Under the pieces are notes generated by a model. It saw only the letters and a program-made list of their open reading frames with translations. It did no database searches and was not told the origin of the DNA. Source: Candidatus Hydrogenedentota bacterium (GTDB lineage: Bacteria; Hydrogenedentota; Hydrogenedentia; Hydrogenedentales; JAGMZX01). From it: DNA of 64,000 nt. The translations under genes were made by a program, and so were the position numbers. Positions within the stretch are counted from its first letter, which is position 1; every line of letters begins with the position of its first letter. The stretch lies in the NCBI GenBank assembly GCA_018005585.1, contig JAGMZX010000010.1:830-64829 (forward strand), written 5' to 3'. Positions 36,239-45,553 of the stretch are shown here, one piece after another.

Positions 36239-36652
36239 ATGAAATTCACGACGGAATATCTGGAGTTCCACACGCGCAAGCACCGCGAGTACATCAACAT
36301 CACCGACAAGGTAGAGGCCGCGGTGGGCAAGAGCGGCGTGCGGGAAGGCATGGTGCTCGTGTCGGCGATGCATATCACCGCGGGCGTCTACGTGAATGAC
36401 GCCGAATCGGGGCTCATCCAGGACATAGACGACTGGCTGGAAGGCTTGGCCCCGTACCGCGACGATTACCGGCATCACCGGACCGGCGAGACGAATGGAG
36501 ACTCGCACTTGAAGAGCCTGCTTGTCCACCACGAGGTGATTGTGCCCATTACGAACGGCAGACTCGACCTCGGCCCGTGGCAGCAGGTGTACTACGCCGA
36601 GTTCGACGGACAGCGCCGGAAACGGCTGATCATCAAGGTCATGGGGGAATAG
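36239..36652 (+). CDS. YjbQ/UPF0047 family secondary thiamine-phosphate synthase-like protein
   Basis: 137 aa with the characteristic [38 protein letters not shown] pattern. Confidence 0.85.
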   Translation: MKFTTEYLEFHTRKHREYINITDKVEAAVGKSGVREGMVLVSAMHITAGVYVNDAESGLIQDIDDWLEGLAPYRDDYRHHRTGETNGDSHLKSLLVHHEVIVPITNGRLDLGPWQQVYYAEFDGQRRKRLIIKVMGE

Positions 36653-36693
36653 CAGAGCAATGGCGCGCGCCGCCCGCGGCCCCGCAGCGGCGT

Positions 36694-37710
36694 TCATCGC
36701 CCCGTTATGGCGTTCCACGTCTCGAAAACCTGGCGGACATTTTCGGGTTTGGCGCCGGGGCCGAACTCGCACTGGGCGATGCAGCCGCCGTTGTGCCACA
36801 GCCGGCGATGGACTTCGCGCACCGCGGCGTCGATCTCATCCGTAGTGGCCTCGGGCAGCAAGTGTTGCCGGTCGATCTCGCCCCAGAACGTGATCTTCCC
36901 CTTGAACGGCGCGAGATTCTCGACGCCCATGCAGAACAATTGCGAATTGACGGCGTCTATGCCAATCTCGACCAGGTGCGGGTAGATGGGCAGGATATAG
37001 CCGTCGGAGTGCATGAAAATCTTCTTGCCTGCGCCGTGCGCGATCTGGGCGTAGTCTCGGTAACGTGGCTTGAAATGCCGCTCCCAGAGGTCCGGGCTGA
37101 TCAAGAGGTTGCTCTGCGCGCCCCAGTCGTCCATGAATTGCAGCGAGTCCACGTCGGTCGCCGCCCACCGCTCAAAGACCTCGCAATAGAACTGATGCAG
37201 CGTGTCCATGAAACGCAGGAACCCCGGCGGCTCGATCATGAGGTCTACGTAGAGGTCCGCCGTGCCCCGGAGAAACTGGAGCCGCTCGAAAGGCCGCGCA
37301 CAGAACCCCGCCGTCACGAAGCAGTCCGTTTTCGCGCAGAACCTGTTGACCTGATCGCGTTCCATGGTCAGCCACTCGCGCGGGATGTGGACCTTGCCGA
37401 TGTCGTCGTCCCAATCCCGCACGAGCGGCCGCTTTACCTCCCCGATAACGCCTTCCTGGATATTGTCGAAGACGCAGCCCCACTCATCGACGTACTCGCC
37501 GATCTTGTGGGCATCGCCCCGCGTGGGCGGCGTCTCCCGCGGGAAACTGGGCGCGCCCACGATGTCCGGCGGAAAGTCGCGCTGCAACGCGTGCAAGACG
37601 TCGCCGTGGTGCATCTCGGCCCACGGCAGCGACCACAATTGACGCGGCGCGCGCGGCGGCCCCTCGAATTGCAGTGCCAGATACATAATCTCGCGCGGCG
37701 TGAACGCCAT
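36694..37710 (-). CDS. uroporphyrinogen decarboxylase (URO-D)-family protein (MtaA/CmuA-like)
   Basis: It has the URO-D-like TIM-barrel fold (..FMHSDGYILPIYPHLVEIGIDAVNSQ..). The start is set at MAFTPREI with an AGGAG RBS. The track ORF starts 11 codons earlier. Confidence 0.7.
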   Translation of the reverse strand: MAFTPREIMYLALQFEGPPRAPRQLWSLPWAEMHHGDVLHALQRDFPPDIVGAPSFPRETPPTRGDAHKIGEYVDEWGCVFDNIQEGVIGEVKRPLVRDWDDDIGKVHIPREWLTMERDQVNRFCAKTDCFVTAGFCARPFERLQFLRGTADLYVDLMIEPPGFLRFMDTLHQFYCEVFERWAATDVDSLQFMDDWGAQSNLLISPDLWERHFKPRYRDYAQIAHGAGKKIFMHSDGYILPIYPHLVEIGIDAVNSQLFCMGVENLAPFKGKITFWGEIDRQHLLPEATTDEIDAAVREVHRRLWHNGGCIAQCEFGPGAKPENVRQVFETWNAITGR

Positions 37711-37794
37711 AAACTTGTCTCCTGGTGGAACAACCGGCGACAAATGCCGGACAGGGCTCAGACGCGCCCGGGCAGCGTGCCTCCTTCGGCTGTA

Positions 37795-38049
37795 TCACAA
37801 CCGATCCATGGGCGCGCTGAAAGCCTTTCCCAATGGTTCGAATTCCCCCGTATCCTCCGCCGCCAGCTTCGACCGAACTTCCTCAAACCGCCTGACAACC
37901 TCGACCGCGTACAGGGTTTCACCACATCGCAGGCAGACTTCGGCGGGCGCGGTCATAACCGCGGTGTTTCTGCCGCCGCGCAAGAGCTTTTCCGTCGTCT
38001 GCGCCTTCATCTCACCGCCGCACACCGGGCACTTTGGAAAGGGCTTCAT
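37795..38049 (-). CDS. YgiT/MqsA-type zinc-finger protein (putative antitoxin)
   Basis: The YgiT-type zinc-ribbon arrangement CPVCGGEM...CLRCGE is present. The start MKPFPKC overlaps the stop of the upstream DUF4258 gene (ATGA). Confidence 0.65.
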   Translation of the reverse strand: MKPFPKCPVCGGEMKAQTTEKLLRGGRNTAVMTAPAEVCLRCGETLYAVEVVRRFEEVRSKLAAEDTGEFEPLGKAFSAPMDRL

Positions 38050-38360
38050 TGCTTTCTCCTGAACTTCCAATCGATCCACTTCTCCGGGTCAGGCCGGTAT
38101 ACCGTCACGAGCACTGCCCAAGCACTGGCTGCATTATACGCCCAAACGCTATGCACCGGCTCCCTGTCTCCGGTAAGACCGAGGACAAGACAACTCGGAT
38201 ACGGCCAATCCGAAGGATATTCTTCGATAATCTCGCCGACCAATACACTTTCAAGAATAGCATCCAGCAATAAATGGTCCGCGTTTGCCTCTTCATCGGC
38301 ATGATCAGACACACGAAACCTCCCATCCCGTATTGCTTGCTTTAGCGCGGTGATTTCCAA
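38046..38360 (-). CDS. DUF4258 domain protein (putative toxin partner of YgiT-type antitoxin)
   Basis: It matches the DUF4258 consensus [33 protein letters not shown]...[11 protein letters not shown]. The toxin-first order resembles MqsR/MqsA. Confidence 0.7.
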   Translation of the reverse strand: MEITALKQAIRDGRFRVSDHADEEANADHLLLDAILESVLVGEIIEEYPSDWPYPSCLVLGLTGDREPVHSVWAYNAASAWAVLVTVYRPDPEKWIDWKFRRKQ

Positions 38361-38395
38361 ACGCAGGACTCCTTACCCGCGAAATCAGGCGGCTT

Positions 38396-38812
38396 TCACG
38401 TGAGCTTCTTGCCGGTGGAACTTATCGAGAGCGCGGCGTGGAGCACTCCCTTGTGCCGGCGCAGGAGGGCCGCCAGTTCCTTGAGGCGCGACGCGCGGCC
38501 CCGGACAATCACGATCTCGGCGCACAACGCGTGGTCGAGGTGGATGTGCGTGGACGCCAGGATATCGTGGTGGAAGCCGTGCTGCACCTCGGTCAGTTTC
38601 TCGGAGAGGCCGCGCCGATGGTGATCGTACAACATCGTGATCGTGCCCACGGCCTCTTTGTCGTGTTCCCATTCCTGCTCGACCAGCCGCCCCCGAATCA
38701 GGTCCCGAATAAACTCCGAACGATTCTCATAGCGCCCCTCCTTGACCAGCTTTTCGAGTCGGTCCAGGAGCGACTTCTCGATAGAGAAACTCAAGCGCGC
38801 GACGCCGGACAT
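38396..38812 (-). CDS. nikR: nickel-responsive regulator NikR (RHH plus C-terminal metal-binding domain)
   Basis: The N-terminal ribbon-helix-helix reads [36 protein letters not shown]. The C-terminal domain has the high-affinity Ni-site residues (..[21 protein letters not shown]..). Confidence 0.85.
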   Translation of the reverse strand: MSGVARLSFSIEKSLLDRLEKLVKEGRYENRSEFIRDLIRGRLVEQEWEHDKEAVGTITMLYDHHRRGLSEKLTEVQHGFHHDILASTHIHLDHALCAEIVIVRGRASRLKELAALLRRHKGVLHAALSISSTGKKLT

Positions 38813-38923
38813 GGTCTCGTCTCCTACCCGAAGGTTCGGCGGCAGTATACAGGCGCGCTGGCGGCGTATTCACGGCGTCCGTTCCGCCCCGCCACCACGC
38901 GCTTGCATTTCCATAGGCGGCGC

Positions 38924-38954
38924 TGGTATTATTTTCTTCGTATTCGTAATACCA
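38924..38954. promoter_or_regulatory. candidate NikR operator: perfect 8-bp inverted repeat TGGTATTA-N15-TAATACCA
   Basis: It lies in the nikR/DUF1559 divergent intergenic region, 27 nt upstream of the DUF1559 gene ATG. Its architecture resembles the E. coli NikR operator (GTATGA-N16-TCATAC). Confidence 0.4.
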
Positions 38955-38980
38955 ACGACCACCGGAGAAAGGAAGAACCC

Positions 38981-39943
38981 ATGAACCGCAAGTCGGGCTT
39001 CACGCTTATCGAACTGCTGGTCGTCATCGCCATCATCGGCATTCTCGCTGCGATCCTGCTGCCGGCGCTGGCCCGCGCGCGCGAGTCGGCCCGGCGTGCG
39101 AGCTGCCAGAACAACCTGAAGGAGTTCGGTCTGGTCTACAAGATGTACAGTGGCGAGAGCGAAGGCGAGCGCTTCCCGCCGCTGGCGCCGTTTGCGAATC
39201 CGGGCGGCGTGCCCATCTTTGCGGCCGCGGACCCTGCCGCGCTTTATCCCGAATATCTGAACGACCTGAATATTTCGCGGTGCCCTTCGGACTCCGGCGC
39301 GGACGGCGCCGGGCAGATGGTGGCGGGCCGCCTACCGGATGGCACGATCGAGGAACATATCGCGGCCGCCGAGGCGGCGGGCGACCAGGTAAGCCTTCGT
39401 TATTTCCTCGCCGCGGCGCTCAGCCGTTCGTACTGGTACCACGGCTTTGCCATGAGCAACATAGAGGAATTCTACGGCGTCTGGAACGGCACGGGCACGA
39501 GGCCGGTAACGGGCAACGCGGCGCCGGTGGGCGCGGGGCCGGTGATGATGCCCATCACACTGAAGGACTGGGACCCGGACATCACGCTTTCCACGAAACT
39601 GGCGTGGACAGCCATCCTTGGGACCGGCTCCGCGGGCGGCGATCAAGTGCTGCGCCTGCGCGAGGGCATCGAGCGGTTCTTCATCACGGACATCAACAAC
39701 CCGGCGGCAAGCGCGCAGGCACAGAGCACCCTGGTGATCATGTTCGACACCTTCGGGAGTTTCGGCGATGTGGCCAACGCTGCGGGCGGCGTCGTCTTCA
39801 ATCATATTCCCGGCGGCTGCAACGTGCTGTACATGGACGGCCACGTGGACTTCATCCGCTACAATACGGCGTTTCCGGTGATTGACGACAAGGAAAACAA
39901 CTACGGTATCCCGCGGCAGGTCGGCCACTACGGTCTGATGTAG
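38981..39943 (+). CDS. DUF1559-type prepilin N-terminal cleavage/methylation domain protein (pseudopilin-like)
   Basis: The N-terminus [47 protein letters not shown] is the hallmark of the Planctomycetota DUF1559 family. It also ends in the typical C-terminal tail ...HVDFI. The track ORF extends far upstream without support. Confidence 0.9.
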   Translation: MNRKSGFTLIELLVVIAIIGILAAILLPALARARESARRASCQNNLKEFGLVYKMYSGESEGERFPPLAPFANPGGVPIFAAADPAALYPEYLNDLNISRCPSDSGADGAGQMVAGRLPDGTIEEHIAAAEAAGDQVSLRYFLAAALSRSYWYHGFAMSNIEEFYGVWNGTGTRPVTGNAAPVGAGPVMMPITLKDWDPDITLSTKLAWTAILGTGSAGGDQVLRLREGIERFFITDINNPAASAQAQSTLVIMFDTFGSFGDVANAAGGVVFNHIPGGCNVLYMDGHVDFIRYNTAFPVIDDKENNYGIPRQVGHYGLM

Positions 39944-40017
39944 CACTGTCGCGTCCGTTCGTATTCAATCGCGCGGCGTCTTGAAACAAGGACTTGGCCC
40001 ATTTCAAGGAAGAGAAC

Positions 40018-40701
40018 ATGAAAACGATACGGCTTCCTGTCTTGTTTGCGCTTGGATGGCTGCTCGGCATCGCGGCGGCGGCACATGAGACCCCGGACGG
40101 CGTCCCGCACGAGCACGCCGAGGACGCGGGCGGGCCCACGTCCGTGTTTGCCCATTTCCCGACGGCCCCCGATTTCTACCGCGAGCCCGTAGCCGCGCTT
40201 ATCCGCGAAGGTCTTGTCGAGCGCTTCGGTGAAGACGAGTTTGCGGCAGTGGTGCTCAGCCACGAAATCCATCAGCATATCGGCATCTACACCATCATAG
40301 GCGCCAAGATGGGTGTGCGCGCGCGCGAATTGCTCGAAGCGCCTCGTCGCGCCGTCGAAGTAGTCGTGGAAACGCAGCCGGACACGCCCCCGGCCTGCGC
40401 GGTGGACGGGTTGCAGGCATCCCTGGGCAGCACCTACGGCCAGGACCTGATCCGGATTCAGCCGGTCGTCGAACGGGGCTTGACCGTCACCTTCACGCAC
40501 GGGGATAGACGGCTGCGCGTGGCGCTTAAAGACGGGTTCAGGGCGGAGATTCAGCGGATCGTCGAGACGAACACTGCGCAGCACGGCAATCTCTCACCCG
40601 CTTACTTCGAGGCCATCCGTGCAGCCAGCTACCGCATCTGGGCGGAATGGGACCGGGCGCAAATCTTCGAGGAGGACTGGCTGGATGCGGGAACGCAGTA
40701 G
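40018..40701 (+). CDS. secreted His-rich hypothetical protein (possible metal-binding; FmdE-like features)
   Basis: An AAGGAAGAG RBS is present. The signal peptide reads MKTIRLPVLFALGWLLGIAAAAHE. The N-terminus is His-rich (HETPDGVPHEHAEDAGG..FAHFP) and there is a SHEIHQHIGIY segment. Function is not established. Confidence 0.5.
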   Translation: MKTIRLPVLFALGWLLGIAAAAHETPDGVPHEHAEDAGGPTSVFAHFPTAPDFYREPVAALIREGLVERFGEDEFAAVVLSHEIHQHIGIYTIIGAKMGVRARELLEAPRRAVEVVVETQPDTPPACAVDGLQASLGSTYGQDLIRIQPVVERGLTVTFTHGDRRLRVALKDGFRAEIQRIVETNTAQHGNLSPAYFEAIRAASYRIWAEWDRAQIFEEDWLDAGTQ

Positions 40702-40787
40702 AAGTGAGCGCCTGTAATCATAGAGGCTGAAATGCCGGGCACCCTGCCGCGTGTTCCGGTTCTGGGACAGGCGGGAGACCCCGGAAT

Positions 40788-41984
40788 ATGCCAAAAACCG
40801 AGACACTACCCCGGCGTTATGAAGCATTCCGCAAGGACATCGCCATCGAACGGGTGGAAATGTTCCCGGTGCGGTATCCGACGGTGATGCGCTTCAAGTT
40901 CTTCGAGGGCCCGACGTCCGGGTCGGGTCGCGCGGCCATTCTCATCAAGATCACGGCCAGCGACGGGACCGTGGGCTGGGGCGAGAGCGTGCCCGTGCCG
41001 CGCTGGGGTTGCGAAACGTTCGAGAGCGCGCAGTGCACGTTGGAGCAATACCTTATCCCGATTATCACGGGGATGAATCCCTTTGACATCGAAGAAATCC
41101 ACCAGGCGATGAACGTCGAGGTGGCGAATTGTTTCTCGACCTGCGCGCCCATTACGAAGGCGGGTATCGACCTTGCGTTGCACGACCTCATTGGCCGCTC
41201 CGCGGGCAAGAACGTGGCAGCATTGTGGGGCCGGACACTGCCGGACGAGTTGACGTTAAGCTGGACGTTGAACCCGCGCGACTTGAACGAGATCGCGCCG
41301 CTCATTGACAAAGGAAAGGCGCGCGGTTACCGGCATTTCAACGTCAAGGTCGCTCCCGACCCGGAGTTCGACCTCCTGATGTGCCGCATGGTGAAGGAAC
41401 TGGTTCCTGATGGTTTTCTCTGGGCGGATGCGAACGGCGGCTATGAATTGGGGGTGGCGCTGGAGGTGGCGCCGAAGCTGGCGGATGCGGGCGTGGCGGT
41501 GCTCGAACAGCCGATCAAGCCGAACCGGCTTACCGGTTACCAAAAACTGAAACGGCAGGGCGCGCTGCCGACCATCATGGACGAAGGCGTCGTGTCCCCC
41601 GCGGACCTGCTCGAATTCGTCGAACTGGGCTGCTGCGACGGCGTGGCCATGAAACCAGCGCGCTGCGGCGGGTTGTGCTCGGCGCGCGGCCAGGTCGAGA
41701 TACTGCTGGACCGCGACATGTGGTTTCTGGGCAGCGGGCTCACCGACCCCGATGTGTCCCTTGCGGCTTCGCTCATCCCCTACGGCGCGTACGGGCTGCG
41801 CTACCCGGCGGCGCTGAACGGGCCGCAGTTCCTGGGAACGAGCGTGACCACCGAGCCGTTCCGGCCCGTCGAGGGCAAGGTGCGCGTGCCGAAGGGGCCG
41901 GGTCTCGGCATCGAGGTGGACGAAGAGGAGCTGGCGGCCCTGGTTGACGCCTCACAAGAGGCCCGCCGTGCGGGCGAGCCTTGA
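40788..41984 (+). CDS. enolase-superfamily enzyme (mandelate racemase/muconate lactonizing enzyme family)
   Basis: It has the capping domain plus a TIM-barrel with metal-ligand motifs (..KVAPDP.., ..WADANGGY.., ..LEQPI.., ..IMDEG..). Confidence 0.85.
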   Translation: MPKTETLPRRYEAFRKDIAIERVEMFPVRYPTVMRFKFFEGPTSGSGRAAILIKITASDGTVGWGESVPVPRWGCETFESAQCTLEQYLIPIITGMNPFDIEEIHQAMNVEVANCFSTCAPITKAGIDLALHDLIGRSAGKNVAALWGRTLPDELTLSWTLNPRDLNEIAPLIDKGKARGYRHFNVKVAPDPEFDLLMCRMVKELVPDGFLWADANGGYELGVALEVAPKLADAGVAVLEQPIKPNRLTGYQKLKRQGALPTIMDEGVVSPADLLEFVELGCCDGVAMKPARCGGLCSARGQVEILLDRDMWFLGSGLTDPDVSLAASLIPYGAYGLRYPAALNGPQFLGTSVTTEPFRPVEGKVRVPKGPGLGIEVDEEELAALVDASQEARRAGEP

Positions 41985-42190
41985 AAAAAGCGGCTGCTTC
42001 CTTTGCCTGGCACTTGCAGCAAACAGCATCTCAGGATATGCTTAGTATAGAAGCACGACAATCGGAGTCACGAAACGGCAGGAACAGGTTCTAAGGCGGT
42101 ACGCTCCCGACTCCGAGGCCAGTCCGCCACAGACAGGGTTTCAGGCGTAATGGGTTTCATGAGGCTCTGACCTCGCAGGAGAAGTACAAC

Positions 42191-42325
42191 ATGATAGACT
42201 TTACCAGCGTTCCCGTCATCGGCGGCGTCATCGGCGGCCTGATCGGCATCATCATCTTCGTGGTCTTCTTCATCATCGGATTCTTCAGCAATCTTTCCGC
42301 CTCGGTGGGTCTATTGGGACTGTAA
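42191..42325 (+). CDS. candidate 44-aa hydrophobic Gly-rich small membrane peptide
   Basis: It reads MIDFTSVPVIGGVIGGLIGIIIFVVFFIIGFFSNLSASVGLLGL. An AGGAG RBS sits 9 nt upstream. It is not in the ORF track because it is under 60 aa. It lies in an otherwise non-coding gap of about 440 bp. Confidence 0.3.
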   Translation: MIDFTSVPVIGGVIGGLIGIIIFVVFFIIGFFSNLSASVGLLGL

Positions 42326-42447
42326 GCACCGGATACTGCGGTTGTAGGCGCGTCATCGGACAGGCAGAATCGGCGCAGGCTGAGTGCTTCCGTCCGGCGA
42401 TCTGTATCTCTGCAAAAAGATACAAAACATTGCAAGGAAACGTTATA

Positions 42448-43395
42448 TTGCGTCCGATAATACTCCTCGCCCTTATTCTAGCCCTGCCCGCAACCGCCGA
42501 GTTCTCGTTTCAGGATGATGGGCAGGCCCTCACGGTCCTCGAAAACAACCAGCCGGCGCTGGTATACCGTTACGGAATCGTTGCTCCTCCCGAGCGGGTC
42601 GATGCGAAGTTCCGGCGCGCCTGCTACATCCATCCGCTTTATGGATTGGACGCCGAGGTGATGACCCAGGATTTCCCAATAGACCACCGGCACCATCGCG
42701 GGATATTCTGGGCCTGGCCAAAATCCACCGTGGGCGGCAAGCCTGCCGATGTGTGGACATTGGAGGGCATCCGCCAAGTCCACGATGCCTTCCTGGAACG
42801 CACCGCGGACGTGGCCAGTGCGGTCGTGTCGGTGCAGAACCGCTGGGCCTACGATGATGCGCCTGACCAAGCCACGGTGCGCGAGACCGTGCGGTTCGTG
42901 GTGCATCCGGCGGACAACAAGGGCCGCGCCATCGATTTCGAACTCACCTTCGAGAATATGAGTAGCGAGGAGACCGTCATATCGGGGTCCGAGGCCGAAG
43001 ACAAGGGCGTGACGAAGGGTTACGGCGGCTTCTGCTTTCGGCCCGACGCCACGCGTTCGCCCATGACCTTCACCGCCCTGAACGGAGTCGAGGAAAAGGA
43101 CGCACTTTCCCTGGAGACGCCTTGGTGCGACGTGTCGTTCCCGATCAAGAAAGGCAGCGAGAAGATGTCCGGCGTGGCCATCTTCCAGCATCCCAGGAAC
43201 CCCGGATACCCGCATCCTGGCTGGATACTGCGTCATTACGGATTCTTGGGCGCATCGTGGCCGCATACGGAGCCCTATGCGCTGGCGCCCGGCGCCTCAG
43301 TCACATTGCGGTACCGGATGTGGGTGCATCGCGGCAACGCAACGGAGGCCGGCGTGCCCGCGGCTTTCGAAGCCTACTCGGCCGCTGCTCCCTGA
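42448..43395 (+). CDS. DUF6807 (PmoA-like) family secreted protein
   Basis: The characteristic motif DHRHHRGIFWAW is present. A TTG at 42448 has an AAGGAAA RBS, giving MRPIILLALILALPATA. The track starts one TTG earlier at 42430. Confidence 0.7.
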   Translation: MRPIILLALILALPATAEFSFQDDGQALTVLENNQPALVYRYGIVAPPERVDAKFRRACYIHPLYGLDAEVMTQDFPIDHRHHRGIFWAWPKSTVGGKPADVWTLEGIRQVHDAFLERTADVASAVVSVQNRWAYDDAPDQATVRETVRFVVHPADNKGRAIDFELTFENMSSEETVISGSEAEDKGVTKGYGGFCFRPDATRSPMTFTALNGVEEKDALSLETPWCDVSFPIKKGSEKMSGVAIFQHPRNPGYPHPGWILRHYGFLGASWPHTEPYALAPGASVTLRYRMWVHRGNATEAGVPAAFEAYSAAAP

Positions 43396-43427
43396 GGCGG
43401 TGTCAGGGCAGGCGCACGGGAGGAGCA

Positions 43428-44813
43428 ATGATGGCCTGGAAAGCGCGCGTATCCTGCCTGGTGTGCGTGTTGCTCACCCTCGCCGCGTCCGGCGGCGCGG
43501 TCGAAGTCAAGGCAGGCGCGGCGAAGGCGGTGATCACGCCGGAACTCGATTCGCCGCTCATCGGCGTGATGGGCAAGCCGCTCGAAGGGGTCAACCACGA
43601 TATCTACGCGCGGGTGCTGACGCTTTTCGACGGCGAAACGCGGCTCGTTATCGTCGCCTACGACCTCAACTGCCTGGACGTCGCGACGCCCATCCTGCGC
43701 GAACACTGCCGCGATGAACTCGGCCTCGACCCCGCGTGCCTTATCCTGCTCGGGACACACAACCACGCCGCGCCCATCCAGATCGTGCCGGGCAATTTCC
43801 AGTATGGACGGCGGCTTGCCGAGGTCATCTTCGGCGCGATCCGGGAAGCCATCGCGGGCGAGGCGGGCCCGGCGCAGGTTCGGTTCGGTTTCGGGTACGG
43901 CTATTTTCTCACCGGCATGGGCAACGCGCCGCTCGATTACGAGGTGCAGGCGCTCGAAGTGCGCAGGAACGAGGCGCCGTTCGTGCTGCTGTTCAACCAT
44001 CCCACGCACCCGCTGCAAATCTCGGAGACCCGGATCGACGCGGGCCACGCGGGTTTCGCCGTCGAGGAATTGGAGCGGCGCGTGCCCGGTCTGATGGCGA
44101 TGTACGCCGACGCCTGCGGCGGCAACCAGTTTACCCGTAAAGGCATGTTCCGCCCGCGCGAGGACGTCGAGGCGCTGGGCCGGGAACTCGCCGATGTCGC
44201 GCATGCGATCATGACGGGGACCATGCAGGATGTGACCGGGCCGCTGCGCGCGGCGCTCGAGGTCATTCCGCTGCCGCTGGAGAAGCCGATTCCTTACGAA
44301 GCGGCAAAGAAACTCGCGTCCCATTTCCCGACAGGCATCGGTTTCGTGCCCTACCCGCACGCGCACCGCGAATCCAACTGGGTCCGCTCGCTGCTGCACC
44401 ACTACGAAGAAGGACTCCCCTTCCCCGCCAAGACCACGGATATGGCCTGCACGGACGACGGCTTTCTGGTGCACGAACTCGACGAGCCGCGCGCGTTCCC
44501 ATGCCGCTACGAAGAGACCATCGTCGCGACGATCGGGCCGCTGGTGTTCGTGGCGATGCAGGGCGAGGTCTGCGCGCCCATCGGCATGCGCATCAAGGAC
44601 TCCTTCCGCTGTGAGCGCCCGATCATGGTGTTCGCCTACATGGGCGAACACAACCTCTACATCCCGACCCGCGAACTGGTCCGCATGCAGGTCTACCAGG
44701 CCAAGGTGCTCCAGATACAGTACGCCTGCCCCGTCGCCTGGTCGCCGAACGTCGAAGACGCCATGGTAACCGCGGTAAGGAGCATGATCCGAAAGATGAC
44801 CGCGGGGCTGTAG
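43428..44813 (+). CDS. neutral/alkaline ceramidase-like secreted hydrolase
   Basis: A GGGAGGAG RBS is present. The signal peptide reads MMAWKARVSCLVCVLLTLAASGG. The motifs AGAAKAVITP and LLGTHNHAAP resemble the ceramidase GTHTHSGP region. The assignment is moderate. Confidence 0.55.
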   Translation: MMAWKARVSCLVCVLLTLAASGGAVEVKAGAAKAVITPELDSPLIGVMGKPLEGVNHDIYARVLTLFDGETRLVIVAYDLNCLDVATPILREHCRDELGLDPACLILLGTHNHAAPIQIVPGNFQYGRRLAEVIFGAIREAIAGEAGPAQVRFGFGYGYFLTGMGNAPLDYEVQALEVRRNEAPFVLLFNHPTHPLQISETRIDAGHAGFAVEELERRVPGLMAMYADACGGNQFTRKGMFRPREDVEALGRELADVAHAIMTGTMQDVTGPLRAALEVIPLPLEKPIPYEAAKKLASHFPTGIGFVPYPHAHRESNWVRSLLHHYEEGLPFPAKTTDMACTDDGFLVHELDEPRAFPCRYEETIVATIGPLVFVAMQGEVCAPIGMRIKDSFRCERPIMVFAYMGEHNLYIPTRELVRMQVYQAKVLQIQYACPVAWSPNVEDAMVTAVRSMIRKMTAGL

Positions 44814-45128
44814 GCTTGTGTTCACGAAACATCCCTTCAAAGGACGCCTCTGCCTCAGGCGCAAGACGCGTTCTCTATCGCGCTGACTCCGTAGCGCCTG
44901 TCTTGCTGTGCTTGCCGCATCAACGCATGGAAAGGCGGGCAGCGTATGAGCACGACAGAGCCCGAAGCAGCCTCGATGTGTTCCGAGGGGGACGTCAGTC
45001 TCTGGCCGCGGCGGGCCGCATGGGCCGATGCGCACTTGGACGGGGAGACGCGGCGCGGGAGGAGCACCTTTTGTTTTGCGGCGGGCGCCACGATTGATAT
45101 GATGGGTCGGGACGAGAGGGCACTTCCG

Positions 45129-45524
45129 ATGTCGCGTGAAAACGGGAATCCGGTGGTCGCGGTGAAGGCCGAGGGGCCGGCCGCGTGGGCGGTCCGCCTG
45201 GCCGCGCGTGTGCTGGCCGGCGTGTTGCTGGCAATGGTCGCGTTCTTCGCCGTATATGAGGGAATACCAAATCCTTTCCGGATGACGCCCGGCGAGTGGG
45301 CCTGGGACGGCGCTTTCCTGGTCATGACGACGGGCCTGCTGGTTGGCTTGCACTATGCCCGCATCGGCGGCGCGCTTGTCCTGGCGGGCTACGCCGCATT
45401 CATTGCCGCCGCCTATGCCGTTGTGGGCCATTTTTGGCTGGGGCATAGCGTCGCGTTCGCGATCGCGGGCGCGCTCTTCGTGCTCACGCCGCGCCGGAAA
45501 CGCCTTTCCGCCCCGAAACCGTGA
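45129..45524 (+). CDS. hypothetical multi-TM membrane protein
   Basis: Three or four hydrophobic helices are present (VLAGVLLAMVAFFAV.., FLVMTTGLLVGL.., LVLAGYAAFIAAAYAVV..). The start is uncertain; the track ORF begins at 44946. Confidence 0.4.
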   Translation: MSRENGNPVVAVKAEGPAAWAVRLAARVLAGVLLAMVAFFAVYEGIPNPFRMTPGEWAWDGAFLVMTTGLLVGLHYARIGGALVLAGYAAFIAAAYAVVGHFWLGHSVAFAIAGALFVLTPRRKRLSAPKP

Positions 45525-45553
45525 GCGGGCGACAACCTGGACGAGGTAGACGC

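Noticed and set aside
41985-42190. Possible sigma-54 promoter (cTGGCACttgcaGCA) after the enolase-superfamily gene
   Set aside because: The GG-N10-GC spacing of the -24/-12 elements is not satisfied. The match is only to the TGGCAC hexamer.
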